Of a stretch of DNA of 64,000 nt, positions 31,954 to 42,091 are shown one piece after another. The DNA lies in NCBI GenBank assembly GCA_963828165.1, contig CAWHDR010000001.1, forward strand, positions 1,248,001 through 1,312,000, in the 5' to 3' direction. The notes beneath the pieces were generated by a model. The model was not told the DNA's origin, did no database searches, and saw nothing but the letters and a program-made list of their open reading frames with translations. This stretch comes from an uncultured Chloroflexia bacterium (lineage in GTDB: Bacteria; Chloroflexota; Limnocylindria; Limnocylindrales; CSP1-4). Numbering within the stretch: the first letter of the stretch is position 1; the number at the start of each line of letters is the position of its first letter. The position numbers and the translations under genes were made by a program.

Positions 31954-33209
31954 TGGGCCCATTTCCTGCGTTTTCCTTCGTTCTGCCCCAAGTCACCGGC
32001 GGTCACGCGCCGTCCGCCGCCGGGGCACCGCTCGATATCATGCTTGGGCTCTTCCTTCTGTTCGTGGGGGCCAAGTTCGGCGAGGAGGTGGCCCGCCGGT
32101 TGGGTCAACCCGCGGTCGTCGGGGAGCTGGTCGGCGGGTTCCTGGTGGGTCCCGCCGCCTTCGGGCTGGTTGTTCCCGGGGAGACGGCGTTCGTTCTCGC
32201 GGAGATCGGCGTAGTCATCCTGCTGTTCTCCGTCGGCCTCGAGGTGCGTCTCGACGATCTACTCGCCGTCGGGAGGCCGGCGTTCCTCACGGCGATCGTG
32301 GCGATGATCCTGCCGATGGGGGCCGGTGTCGCCATCTCGCTGATCGGTGGAGAGGCTCTGACGACGGCCGCCTTCGTCGGACTCGCCTTGGCGGCTACCA
32401 GCATCGGGATCACAAGCCGGGTCCTTGCCGACATGGGCGTGCTCGACAGGACCTTCGCGCGGGTCGTGCTGGGCGCCGCCGTGATAGATGACGTCCTCGC
32501 GCTGATCCTCATCGGACTCATATCGGGTGCCGCGGCGGGCGACGTGTCGGGATCCACGCTGCTCGTTGCGGTCGCTGCGATCGGATTGGTCGCGCTCGGG
32601 TTCGCCGCCGCACGGCGCGCGCGCGGGCTGCGTCGAGAGGTCTTCACCTGGCCGCTATTCGCGGACACGCCGCTGGTCCCCGCGTTCATCCTCATGTTCG
32701 CGGTGGCGCTCGTCTCCGCCGCGATCGGGCTGGCGGCCATCATCGGCGCGTTCGTGGCCGGCCTGATCGTGGCGGAAACCGAGGCGCAGGACGAGCTGGA
32801 GAACGAGATCCGGCCACTCGGACAGATCTTCACCCCGTTCTTCTTTGCGGTCACAGGCGCCCAGGTGGACCTGGGTGCCCTGTTCGATCCTGGGATCGCG
32901 GTGCTCGCGATCGTCCTGACTGTCGCCGGCGTGGTCACCAAGGCGGCAGGTGGTGTGATCGGAGCGCGGTCCATCGGCCGCTGGGGTTCGGCGGCCGTCG
33001 GGTTCGGGATGGTGCCTCGAGGCGAGGTGGGCATCGTCGTGGCGAACCTCGGCCTCGCCGCGGGGTTGCTCTCGGCCGGCCTTTTCAGCGCCGTGCTCGT
33101 AGCGGTCGTTGTCACGACCGTCATCGCGCCATATCTACTGGCCTGGGTTATCCCGCGAGCGGCCGCCGAGGCGCAGGGGCATGCCGCTGCGGAGCTCCCT
33201 CAAGCCTGA
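31953..33209 (+). CDS. Cation:proton antiporter (CPA2)
   Basis: QPAVVGEL, EIGV..LLF.VGLE, ATSIGIT, AVIDD and GMVPRGEV. TGATG coupling. Confidence 0.92.
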   Translation: MGPFPAFSFVLPQVTGGHAPSAAGAPLDIMLGLFLLFVGAKFGEEVARRLGQPAVVGELVGGFLVGPAAFGLVVPGETAFVLAEIGVVILLFSVGLEVRLDDLLAVGRPAFLTAIVAMILPMGAGVAISLIGGEALTTAAFVGLALAATSIGITSRVLADMGVLDRTFARVVLGAAVIDDVLALILIGLISGAAAGDVSGSTLLVAVAAIGLVALGFAAARRARGLRREVFTWPLFADTPLVPAFILMFAVALVSAAIGLAAIIGAFVAGLIVAETEAQDELENEIRPLGQIFTPFFFAVTGAQVDLGALFDPGIAVLAIVLTVAGVVTKAAGGVIGARSIGRWGSAAVGFGMVPRGEVGIVVANLGLAAGLLSAGLFSAVLVAVVVTTVIAPYLLAWVIPRAAAEAQGHAAAELPQA

Positions 33210-33213
33210 GGCC

Positions 33214-33897
33214 CTACCGCCGGCGGAACAGCCCCCGCCGGTCGCGCGTTTCGTCCGTCGCCGAGCGACGCCGGCCCGTCTGCCGCAGGATCGCGTCGAT
33301 CTCATCGCGATAGGGGCGCCCGATCGGCATCCGGTCGAGCCATTCGAGGTACTCGAGGTCCGAACGCGCGATCTCTCCGAGCGACCAGCCGTCGTAGCGC
33401 CCGAAGTTCATGACGCTGCCCGATGGATTTCCCGGCGGTTGGCCAGCGGCTCCCATGTGGTCTGGCGTGCGCATGGATGGGTCGTAGCCGCCACCGAGCG
33501 ATGAGCGGCCACTCGACCAGTCGCTCGAGACCGTCTCTGGCTCGGGTGACCGAGGTCGAGACCCGTCCCGGGGCGCGGACCCCGGTCTCGCGGCGCCCTG
33601 GGGGGCATTCGGAGCCGTGGCGGCGGACCCGCCAGTGGCGGCGTCCGCGGGCGACCCTGCACTGCTTCGGGAAACTGCCGCCTGAAGGGCTCGCTGTCGG
33701 TCGTGGGCGGCGCGCCGCCGCGGGTCCCCGAGCACCTCCCACGCGGCGTTGATCGCCTCCATCCGCCCGCTCGACTCGGGCCCCGTCGCCGTGTCCGGGT
33801 GGTACTTGCGGGCGAGGCGTCGATACGCGGCGGCGATCACCTCGTCCTCCGCCTCCGGGTCGACCTGGAGGACCTTGTACGGATCCGAGCCAGTCAC
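33214..33897 (-). CDS. J-domain protein with small C-terminal FGRY..W..E....D..YLEWL domain
   Basis: DPYKVLQV..AYRRLARKYHPD..INAAWEVLGDP.RR; HPD motif intact. Confidence 0.9.
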   Translation of the reverse strand: MTGSDPYKVLQVDPEAEDEVIAAAYRRLARKYHPDTATGPESSGRMEAINAAWEVLGDPRRRAAHDRQRALQAAVSRSSAGSPADAATGGSAATAPNAPQGAARPGSAPRDGSRPRSPEPETVSSDWSSGRSSLGGGYDPSMRTPDHMGAAGQPPGNPSGSVMNFGRYDGWSLGEIARSDLEYLEWLDRMPIGRPYRDEIDAILRQTGRRRSATDETRDRRGLFRRR

Positions 33898-35220
33898 GCC
33901 GATGCGCTCTCGGTGGTCGCCGGGCCCTCGACGGTCGGCACACCCGGGTGCGACTCCAGCCCCAGGGTCGCGATGGAGTCGGCAAGCGCGGTCGAATCAC
34001 CCGGACTGGCACGGCGGAACAGGTAACGCACGACGTCGCGGGCCGCGGCGGTCACCGGCAGGGCAAGGATCGCCCCCAGGAGACCCGCCAGCGCCCCGCC
34101 GATGATGATCGCGAACATGACCGCCGCGGGATGCATCTCAACGGCGTCACCCTGGATCTTGGGCACGAGGAGGTTGTTCTCGATCTGCTGGACGAGGGTG
34201 TAGAGGACGAGCGCGGCGATGACGGGTTCGATCCCGGCCGTCGCCGCGAGCAGGACCGCCGGCACGGCCGAGATGATCGGCCCGATGATCGGGAGCAGCT
34301 CCAGGATGCCAGCCGTCACGGACAGCAGGATCGCGTAGCGCCCGAACACGGGATCCACCAGCTCGCTGAGCACGGACAGGCCGACGAACGTGAACACACC
34401 GACCGTGATCCCGAGCACGAGCTGTGCCCGGACCCACTGGCCGAAGACCCGCCGGCCGATGCGGAGGACCGCCCAGACGTCGAACCGCCAGGCTGCGGGC
34501 AGGCTTCGGTCGAATTGGCCGGTCAGCACGCTCCGGTCCTTGAGGATGTAGAAGACCCAGACCGGGCAGCAGCAGGTAGCCGAAGATCGCCCCGATGAAG
34601 CTGCCCGCACCGGTCAGGACCGGGAGGAAGATCGAGAAGTCGATCGCCGGCGAGCCTCCGTCGCCCTGGCCGATGCCCGCGATCACCGAATCGATGTAGT
34701 CGCGGAGCGCCTCGGGCAGTTGCAGCCGCGCGTAGATCTCGGACAGCCGTTCGATCTGGAGCTGGAGCTGCACCGTCAGGGCGGGGAAGTCCTGGACGAA
34801 CCGGACGAGCTCGTTCACCAGCGGGGTAAGGGTGAGACTGACGATCTCGACGATCGCCACGATCGTCACGACGTAGACGAGCAGGATCGCCAGGGTCCGT
34901 CGCATGCCTCGTCGGACCAGCCAGCGCACCGGCGGCTCGAGCAGGTAGACGAGCAGCAGGCCGACGACGAAGGGGCGCACGGCGTCGCGCGCCATCCAGA
35001 GCAGCACGCCGAGGACGATCGCAGCGGCGATGAGCACGGCGACGCGCGGCGAAAGCGCGGCGAATCGGGGTTCGGTCGGGCTGCTGGCCGGGTCGATGAA
35101 GGGTGGTGGTGGAAGCGTGGCGACCCAGGCGGTCGACGCCGACGTTGCCCCCGCTGCACCAGGTGTCGCTTCCGTCGGGGCGGGCTCACGGCCTGCCGGC
35201 GACCGCTCGCGCTCGTCCAT
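33894..35220 (-). pseudogene. AI-2E family transporter split by one extra base (pseudogene or sequence error)
   Basis: The 5' frame runs MDERE..PFVVGLLLVYLLEPPV..GYLLLP. The 3' frame continues VWVFYILKD..LLPIIGP..QQIENNLLVPKI. Extra base at about 34562-34566; total length is 3n+1. Confidence 0.85.
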
Positions 35221-35240
35221 CGTCGGGCAGACTACCAGAC

Positions 35241-35936
35241 GTGTCCGAGCGTCCCGCGAACACGCCCGAGCCGCGCCAGCGCTGGCGTCTCGTGGTCGCG
35301 CGTTCCGCCGCCGCGCCCGAACAGCCGCAGCGGGAAGTGACCGACAGCTGGCTCGCGGCCATCGCGGATGCCGGGTTGCCCGTGGCCTGGACCGAGGGCG
35401 CGCGATCGCGGGCGCGGGTCGCGTTCGGGGCGCCGCTCCCCATCGGGATGGCCGCAAATGCGGAACTCATCGACGTCGTCCTGACCGAGCGCTGGCCCGC
35501 GTGGCGCCTTCGCGAGACCCTGACTGGGCACGTGCCGGCCGGCTGGCGTCTCGTCGACGTGCAGGACGTGTGGCTTGCGGGCCCAGCTCTCGCCGGCCGG
35601 GTCGCCGCGGCCGACTATCGGGTGGTCCTCGCAGGGGATGTGCCGATCGACCGGCTCCGCGCGGCCGCCGACGCGTTGCTCGCAGCCCCGAGCCTGCCAC
35701 GCAGCCGTGCCCGGGGCGACGAGAGCGTGAAGTACGACCTGCGTCCGTTACTGATCGATGTCGCGATCGAGGGCGGCCCACCCGTGACCGTGGCCACCCG
35801 TACCCGCTTTCATCCCGAGCTCGGGACGGGCAGACCCGAAGAGGTCGTTGCCGCCCTTGCGGACCGCATCGGCGAGAGGCTCGAGACGTCGTCGATCGTC
35901 CGCGAGCGCCTGGTCCTCGCCGAGGACCTCACCTGA
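35241..35936 (+). CDS. DUF2344 (TIGR03936 radical SAM-linked) protein, divergent
   Basis: AGLPVAWTEG...R.AFGAPLPIG...AELID, YDLRP and GTGRPEEV. Confidence 0.8.
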   Translation: MSERPANTPEPRQRWRLVVARSAAAPEQPQREVTDSWLAAIADAGLPVAWTEGARSRARVAFGAPLPIGMAANAELIDVVLTERWPAWRLRETLTGHVPAGWRLVDVQDVWLAGPALAGRVAAADYRVVLAGDVPIDRLRAAADALLAAPSLPRSRARGDESVKYDLRPLLIDVAIEGGPPVTVATRTRFHPELGTGRPEEVVAALADRIGERLETSSIVRERLVLAEDLT

Positions 35937-36211
35937 GCCCAAATTCCGCGATCTGGCGCCGACCAAGGGCTTCCTTGCCGGCCCCGCTTGGCAATCCTTG
36001 TCAGAAGTGCGCGAAGCCAGCACGAGACGAAGGCGCATCGTCCCTCGGACGCTCGATCAGCCCCGATTCGTGGCAACGAGCCGCGAGCACAGACATCTGA
36101 GCAGAATTCAAGCGCGAGAGCCTCTCCAAGGCACGCCATCGACCGTGAGTCATCGGCGCGTGCCGGCCACACGAGCACATGACAAGAACACGGGCATCGC
36201 ATGCCGCTCGA

Positions 36212-36240
36212 TTGACCCGTTCGGGGTTCGGTCGTACACT
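36212..36240 (+). promoter_or_regulatory. Sigma70-type promoter TTGACC-N17-TACACT for rplU-rpmA-rpmE
   Basis: Near-consensus hexamers with a 17-nt spacer. Confidence 0.75.
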
Positions 36241-36327
36241 TCCCGTTCGCGCTTGGCTCGGCCAGGCGTCTTTCCCTGTCCGTCGTGCAGTGGCCGCGTG
36301 CCACCGCCACCAACATCCTGAGGATCC

Positions 36328-37002
36328 ATGTACGCAGTCATCGAGACCGGCGGGAAGCAGTACCGCGTCGAGGTCGGAACCGAACTCGAGGTCGAGCTGC
36401 TGGACGCTGAGCCGGGCAAGACCGTCACGCTCGATCGCGTGCTGCTGGTCGCCGACGGCGACGACGCCTCGATCGGCCAGCCGGTGGTCGATGGCGCCGC
36501 CGTCAGCGCCGAGATCGTCCGACGCGACCGCGGGCCCAAGCTCATCTCGTTCAAGTACCGCCCCAAGGCCCGCACCCGGGTCAAGAAGGGCCACCGCCAG
36601 GAGCTGACGATCCTGCGCATCAGCGACATCACGCTCAACGGCAAGAGCGCCGCGAAGTCGGCAGCCAAGGCGGAGTCGGACGCCAAGACCGAGCGACAGC
36701 GTCTGGAGGAGGCCGCCTCGGCCCAGGCCGCGAAGGACGCCGAGCTCGCCGCGAAGTTGGCAGCGACCAAGGAGCCAACGAAGAAGTCGAGCACCAAGGC
36801 ATCGAGCGCCAAGGCATCGAGCGCCAAGGGCGCATCCGACGCCAAGGCTGAGACGAAGGCCGACACGAAGGCCTCAGCCAAGGCCGATGCCAAGACGGCG
36901 CCGAAGAAGACGACCACCAAGGCGAAGGCCGCCGACGCCGACGAGGCCAAGGCCGCGCCCAAGAAGAGCGCTCCGAAGCGCGCCACCAAGAAGGACGAGT
37001 AG
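36328..37002 (+). CDS. rplU: 50S ribosomal protein bL21 with long Lys/Ala-rich C-terminal extension
   Basis: [14 protein letters not shown]...KKGHRQ followed by about 120 low-complexity residues. Confidence 0.97.
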   Translation: MYAVIETGGKQYRVEVGTELEVELLDAEPGKTVTLDRVLLVADGDDASIGQPVVDGAAVSAEIVRRDRGPKLISFKYRPKARTRVKKGHRQELTILRISDITLNGKSAAKSAAKAESDAKTERQRLEEAASAQAAKDAELAAKLAATKEPTKKSSTKASSAKASSAKGASDAKAETKADTKASAKADAKTAPKKTTTKAKAADADEAKAAPKKSAPKRATKKDE

Positions 37003-37007
37003 GACCC

Positions 37008-37283
37008 ATGGCACACAAGAAGGCGGGCGGCAGCGTCAAGAACGGCCGTGACAGCGCCGGCCAGCGCCTGGGCGTGAAGGCCGGCGACGGCCAGCTCGTC
37101 CCGGCAGGCTCGATCATCGTGCGCCAGCGCGGGATGACGTTCCTCGCGGGCCCCGGCACCGGGCTGGGACGCGATTACACCGTGTTCGCGACCGTGGCCG
37201 GCAAGGTCAAGTTCGAGCACGCCACCAAGGACAAGAAGCGCATCCGGGTCGAGGCGGTCGAAACCGCCGCGACGACCGCCTAG
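37008..37283 (+). CDS. rpmA: 50S ribosomal protein bL27
   Basis: [30 protein letters not shown]. Confidence 0.99.
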   Translation: MAHKKAGGSVKNGRDSAGQRLGVKAGDGQLVPAGSIIVRQRGMTFLAGPGTGLGRDYTVFATVAGKVKFEHATKDKKRIRVEAVETAATTA

Positions 37284-37367
37284 GTCGCCCACGCACACCC
37301 GGAACAGCCGGCGACCACCGGCGGGGCGATGGCCCTGCACGGAAGGCGTCGGAGGAGAGAATCACCC

Positions 37368-37580
37368 GTGAAGCCCGATATCCATCCCACGTATTACGAA
37401 GCCAAGGTCCATTGCGGCTCGTGCGGCACCGAGTGGACCGTCGGGTCCACCCGACCCGAGCTGCGCGTGGACGTGTGCAGCAACTGCCACCCGTTCTTCA
37501 CGGGCACGCAGAACATCATCGACACGGCCGGTCAGGTCGAGCGCTTCCAGAAGCGCCTGGAGCGCCAGACCCGCAGCTAG
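37368..37580 (+). CDS. rpmE: 50S ribosomal protein bL31 (zinc-ribbon form)
   Basis: MKPDIHP, CGSC and CSNCHPFFTG; SD GGAGGAG. Confidence 0.98.
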   Translation: MKPDIHPTYYEAKVHCGSCGTEWTVGSTRPELRVDVCSNCHPFFTGTQNIIDTAGQVERFQKRLERQTRS

Positions 37581-37603
37581 GCGCCCGATCTCGACCACAC
37601 AAG

Positions 37604-37629
37604 ACGACCGGCCCGCGAGGGCCGGTCGT
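37604..37629 (+). terminator. Hairpin terminator after rpmE
   Basis: ACGACCGGCCC-GCGA-GGGCCGGTCGT is a perfect 11-bp stem with a GNRA loop. Confidence 0.75.
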
Positions 37630-37680
37630 TGCGATTCCGGGTTGCCGCAACGCCGGTACAACGCCGGTAGACTTGCCGGG

Positions 37681-38712
37681 ATGTCAGCCACCCCCGCACC
37701 GCCGGTCGCGTCCGACGGCCGTCCTCGGTACGCCTACGGCGGCCAGGCCCTCATGGAAGGCGTCCTCATGCGCGGTCGCGACGCGATCGCGGTGGCGCTA
37801 CGCCATCCGGACGGTCGCATCGTCATCGCCACCGAGCGGCTGGACAAGGGAGTCCACGCGTCCCCGGCCGCGAAATGGCCGTTCGTGCGGGGATTGGTCC
37901 TTCTCTACGAAACCCTGGTCATCGGGACGCGTTGGCTGATCCGCAGCGCGAACGTGCAGGCCGAGGAGGACGAGGTCGAGCTCGGCAAGGGCTCGATCGT
38001 CGTGATGCTCCTGATCACGTTCGCGGCGGCGATCGCGGCCTTCACGCTGCTGCCGTTGTTCATCTCGAGCGTCGCGACGTCCGGCGCCACCCAGGGTTGG
38101 GCCCAGCCCGCGCTCGAGGGCATCATCCAGGTCGGTCTCTTCCTGGGGTACCTGACGCTGGTATCGCGCGCACCCGACATCCATCGGGTCTTCCAGTACC
38201 ACGGCGCCGAGCACATGACGATCCACGCCCTCGAGGCCGGCGATCCGTTGACGGTCGACGCGGTCCGCAAGTACCCGACCGCCCACCACCGCTGCGGCAC
38301 CGAGTTCCTCGTGATCCTGATCCTCCTGTCGATCTTCACGTTCTCGCTGGTCGGCAAGCAGGAGCCGCTGGTCATGATCGCGAGCCGGATCCTGCTGATC
38401 CCGGTGCTCGCCGGGGTGGGCTACGAGATCCTCAAGCTGGGGGCCAAGTTCCGCCACAACCCGATCGTCCGCGTGATCATGTATCCGGGCATCCTGGTCC
38501 AGATGATCACGACCAAGCGTCCGACCGACGACATGATCGAAGTCGCCATCACGTCCATGGAAGAAGCCCTCGTCGCCGACGGCAACGAGATCCCGGCCGG
38601 GTCGACCGATTTCGACCGATCGCCGATGGAGCTGAGCAAGCCAACGGACGAGCCCGGATCACCCGATGCGGTCGGAACGGCGAAGCCGGGCGAGTCGCCA
38701 CCGCTGACATGA
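37681..38712 (+). CDS. DUF1385 membrane protein
   Basis: [28 protein letters not shown] and TTKRP; usual position next to prfA. Confidence 0.92.
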   Translation: MSATPAPPVASDGRPRYAYGGQALMEGVLMRGRDAIAVALRHPDGRIVIATERLDKGVHASPAAKWPFVRGLVLLYETLVIGTRWLIRSANVQAEEDEVELGKGSIVVMLLITFAAAIAAFTLLPLFISSVATSGATQGWAQPALEGIIQVGLFLGYLTLVSRAPDIHRVFQYHGAEHMTIHALEAGDPLTVDAVRKYPTAHHRCGTEFLVILILLSIFTFSLVGKQEPLVMIASRILLIPVLAGVGYEILKLGAKFRHNPIVRVIMYPGILVQMITTKRPTDDMIEVAITSMEEALVADGNEIPAGSTDFDRSPMELSKPTDEPGSPDAVGTAKPGESPPLT

Positions 38713-39809
38713 GCGACCTCGACGCCACGCTGGCCGAGATCGCGCTCCAGTACGACGACCTCCAGGCCCAGCTCTCGCGGCCGGAGACCAGCACCGATCC
38801 GAACCTGATCCGCAAGCTCGGCAAGGAGCTCGCCCGGCTCGAGCCCACGGTCGCGGCGTACCGGCGTCTCGAGGCCATCCGATCGGAGCTGGCCGGCGTG
38901 CGGGAGCTCAACGATGCCGGCGATGGCGACGACGAGATGCGGGCCATGGCCCGCGAAGAGATCGATCGGCTGGAGCTCGAGCAGACGCGCCTCATCGACG
39001 AGCTGAAGGTGCTCCTGCTGCCGCGCGACCCGAACGACGACCGCGACGTCATCCTCGAGATCCGCGCCGGTGCCGGTGGCGACGAGGCCGCCCTGTTCGC
39101 GGCGGAGCTGCTCCGGATGTACACGCGCTATGCGGGCCGGCACCGGTACAAGCCGGACGTCATGAGCATGAACGAGACCGGCATCGACGGGATCAAGGAG
39201 GCCATCGTCCAGGTCCGAGGCGATGGCGCCTACAGCCGCCTCAAGTTCGAGGGCGGCGTCCACCGCGTGCAGCGCATCCCTGCGACGGAGTCGAGCGGTC
39301 GGATCCATACCTCGACGGTCACGGTCGTCGTCCTGCCGGAGGCCGACGAAGTCGAGGTCGAGATCGACGAGGAGAAGGATCTCCGGATCGACGTCAAGCG
39401 TTCATCCGGACCCGGTGGTCAGTCCGTCAACACGACCGACTCGGCCGTTCGCATCACCCATCTGCCGAGCGGGCTCGTGGTCGAGATCCAGGACGAGAAG
39501 AGCCAGCACAAGAACAAGGCGAAAGCCCTCGCCGTGCTGCGCTCGCGCCTGTTCGATCTCGAGATCCAGAAGCAGCGGGCCGCCGACTCGGCCGCCCGGC
39601 GATCGATGGTCGGATCGGGCGATCGGAGCGACAAGGTCCGGACGTACAACTACCCGCAGGATCGCGTCACGGACCACCGCATCGGCAAGACCGTGCACAA
39701 CCTGCCGGGTGTGCTCGCAGGCGATCTCGATGAGCTCATCGACGCCCTGATCATGGTGGACCAGGCGGAGCGGCTGTCCGGGGTGGTGGGAAACGATGAC
39801 GCCGCCTGA
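38709..39809 (+). CDS. prfA: Peptide chain release factor 1
   Basis: [24 protein letters not shown] (PxT), GPGGQSVN and RTYNYPQ.R.TDHR. Confidence 0.98.
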   Translation: MSDLDATLAEIALQYDDLQAQLSRPETSTDPNLIRKLGKELARLEPTVAAYRRLEAIRSELAGVRELNDAGDGDDEMRAMAREEIDRLELEQTRLIDELKVLLLPRDPNDDRDVILEIRAGAGGDEAALFAAELLRMYTRYAGRHRYKPDVMSMNETGIDGIKEAIVQVRGDGAYSRLKFEGGVHRVQRIPATESSGRIHTSTVTVVVLPEADEVEVEIDEEKDLRIDVKRSSGPGGQSVNTTDSAVRITHLPSGLVVEIQDEKSQHKNKAKALAVLRSRLFDLEIQKQRAADSAARRSMVGSGDRSDKVRTYNYPQDRVTDHRIGKTVHNLPGVLAGDLDELIDALIMVDQAERLSGVVGNDDAA

Positions 39810-42078
39810 GGCCGCCGACGTCCGGTTCCTGCCGGCACGCGACGTCCCGATCGAGCGGGCGACCGACCTTGGCTCCGTCCAGGTCCTCAAGCACGGCAAC
39901 CGGTATCTCCTGACGGATTCGTTCGGCGACATCCATCCGGATTCGCGCGGGCTCGGCCTGTACCAGGGAGACAGCCGGTCGCTGTCGTGCGCCGTGCTCC
40001 GGGTCGGAGGCGTCCGGCCGGTGCTGCTCCAGACGTCGGTAGGGGGCAACTACCGCGGCAGCATCCAGATGACGAACCCATCGGCCGACCGCAACCCGGA
40101 CGCGAAGGTCCATCCGCTGGACGAACTGGTGGGGCGGACGATCGGCATCAGTCGCGAGCGGCTCATCGGTGCGGACGGCTACGAGGAGCGCGTGCGGATC
40201 GTCAACCACGCGGCCCTGCCCGCCAGCCTCCCGCTCGAGCTCGAGCTCGGCATGGACGGCGCCGACATCTTCGAGGTTCGGGGGTTCCCGCGGACCGAAC
40301 GCGGCCGGCTCCTGCCGATCGCCATCACCGACCGGCGGATCACCTTCCGCTATGACGGGGTCGATGGCGTCCAGTGCCTGACCCATATCGAGCTTTCGGA
40401 GCCGGTGCAGACCATCGACCTGGTCGCCGAGGTCGCGCCCGATGGCCGGAACGCGGGCGCCGCGATCCGCCTGAAGTGGGCGCTGACGATGGGTCCCGAC
40501 GAGACACGCGAGGTGTGCTGGACGGTCTGGACCTCGCAGCGCGAGGCCCCGGGCGCGGATCGCGATGAGGTGACCGATCGCCGGGAGCTCGACGTCCTGT
40601 TCCCGTCGGCGCCTCGCGTCTCGCGCGACGAGGGAGCGGCTGCGTACCACGCCTGGGAGCGCGGCACGACATCGGTCGATAGCGACCACGAGCTGTTCAA
40701 CCTCGTGCTCAAGCGGTCCGTCTCCGATCTCCGGCTGCTCGTCAACGACGGGCCTGGCCCGGGTGAGCGCTACATCGCGGCGGGGGTGCCGTGGTTCACC
40801 ACGCTGTTCGGACGCGATGCGTTGATCACGGCCTTCCAGTCGCTGGCATTCCGGCCGCAGATCGCCGTGGAGACTTTGGAAGTGCTGGCTGCCCACCAGG
40901 CCACAGAGGACGATCCCTGGCGGGACGCGGAGCCGGGCAAGATCCTCCACGAGCTGCGGACCGGCGAGCTGGCCCGGGCCGGTGAACTGCCCCACACGCC
41001 CTACTACGGCTCGGTCGATTCGACGCCGCTGTGGCTGATCCTCCTGGGTGCCACGTTCGATTGGACTGGAGACCGCGCGCTCGTCGACCGCTTGTGGCCC
41101 AACGCGCTCGCGGCGCTCGAGTGGATCGACAAGAGCGGCGACCACGACGGGGACGGCTTCGTGGAGTACGCGCGGCGCTCCGAACGAGGCCTCCTGAACC
41201 AGGGCTGGAAGGATTCCAGCGACGCCATCCGCGACCGGACGGGTGCCGCAGCAGAGGCGCCGATCGCCCTGGCCGAGGTCCAGGGCTATGTGTTCGATGC
41301 CAAGCGGCGGATGGCGGACCTTGCCCGGGTGCGGGGCGAGGCCGAGATGGCGGCACGGCTGGACGCCGAGGCGGAGACGCTGGCCGCCCGCTTCGAGGCC
41401 GCGTTCTGGGTCGAGGACCAGCGCTACTACGCGATGGCGCTCGACGGCGACAAGCACCAGTTCGATGCGATCGCGAGCAACGCCGGGCAATGCCTGTGGT
41501 CGGGCATCGTCTCGCGCGATCGAGCGCGCGATGTCGTCGACCAGCTCCTGCAACCCTCGATGTTCTCGGGCTGGGGGATCCGGACCCTCGCAGCGGGGCA
41601 GCCAGGCTACAACCCGATCGGCTATCACACCGGGACCGTGTGGCCGCACGACACATCACTGATCGCGGCCGGGTTCAAGCGCTACGGCTTCGACGATGCA
41701 TCGAATCGGCTGGCCGGCCAGATGATGGAAGCCGCTCAGCGATTCACCGACTACCGCCTGCCCGAGCTGTTCTGCGGGTTCGACGACACCGACTCGCACA
41801 CGCCGGTGCCCTATCCCGTCGCCTGTTCCCCGCAGGCCTGGGCGGCAGGCGCCTCGTTCCTCTTCCTTCAGACGATGCTCGGGCTGCGCGCGCACGCCGA
41901 CCGCGGCGAGCTCGAGCTGTTCCACCCGCACCTGCCGGATTGGATCGGCAAGGTCACGCTGACGGACCTGCGGGTGGGCGACGCCTCGGTCGACCTGCTC
42001 TTCCACCGCTGGCGCGGCACGACCAGCGCGGAGGTCCTGCGCAAGGTCGGAGACCTGGCCATCACGATCCGGCTCTGA
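39796..42078 (+). CDS. Amylo-alpha-1,6-glucosidase / glycogen debranching family protein
   Basis: [54 protein letters not shown] and ACSPQAW. Confidence 0.92.
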   Translation: MTPPEAADVRFLPARDVPIERATDLGSVQVLKHGNRYLLTDSFGDIHPDSRGLGLYQGDSRSLSCAVLRVGGVRPVLLQTSVGGNYRGSIQMTNPSADRNPDAKVHPLDELVGRTIGISRERLIGADGYEERVRIVNHAALPASLPLELELGMDGADIFEVRGFPRTERGRLLPIAITDRRITFRYDGVDGVQCLTHIELSEPVQTIDLVAEVAPDGRNAGAAIRLKWALTMGPDETREVCWTVWTSQREAPGADRDEVTDRRELDVLFPSAPRVSRDEGAAAYHAWERGTTSVDSDHELFNLVLKRSVSDLRLLVNDGPGPGERYIAAGVPWFTTLFGRDALITAFQSLAFRPQIAVETLEVLAAHQATEDDPWRDAEPGKILHELRTGELARAGELPHTPYYGSVDSTPLWLILLGATFDWTGDRALVDRLWPNALAALEWIDKSGDHDGDGFVEYARRSERGLLNQGWKDSSDAIRDRTGAAAEAPIALAEVQGYVFDAKRRMADLARVRGEAEMAARLDAEAETLAARFEAAFWVEDQRYYAMALDGDKHQFDAIASNAGQCLWSGIVSRDRARDVVDQLLQPSMFSGWGIRTLAAGQPGYNPIGYHTGTVWPHDTSLIAAGFKRYGFDDASNRLAGQMMEAAQRFTDYRLPELFCGFDDTDSHTPVPYPVACSPQAWAAGASFLFLQTMLGLRAHADRGELELFHPHLPDWIGKVTLTDLRVGDASVDLLFHRWRGTTSAEVLRKVGDLAITIRL

Positions 42079-42091
42079 TCGCATCGCCGCG

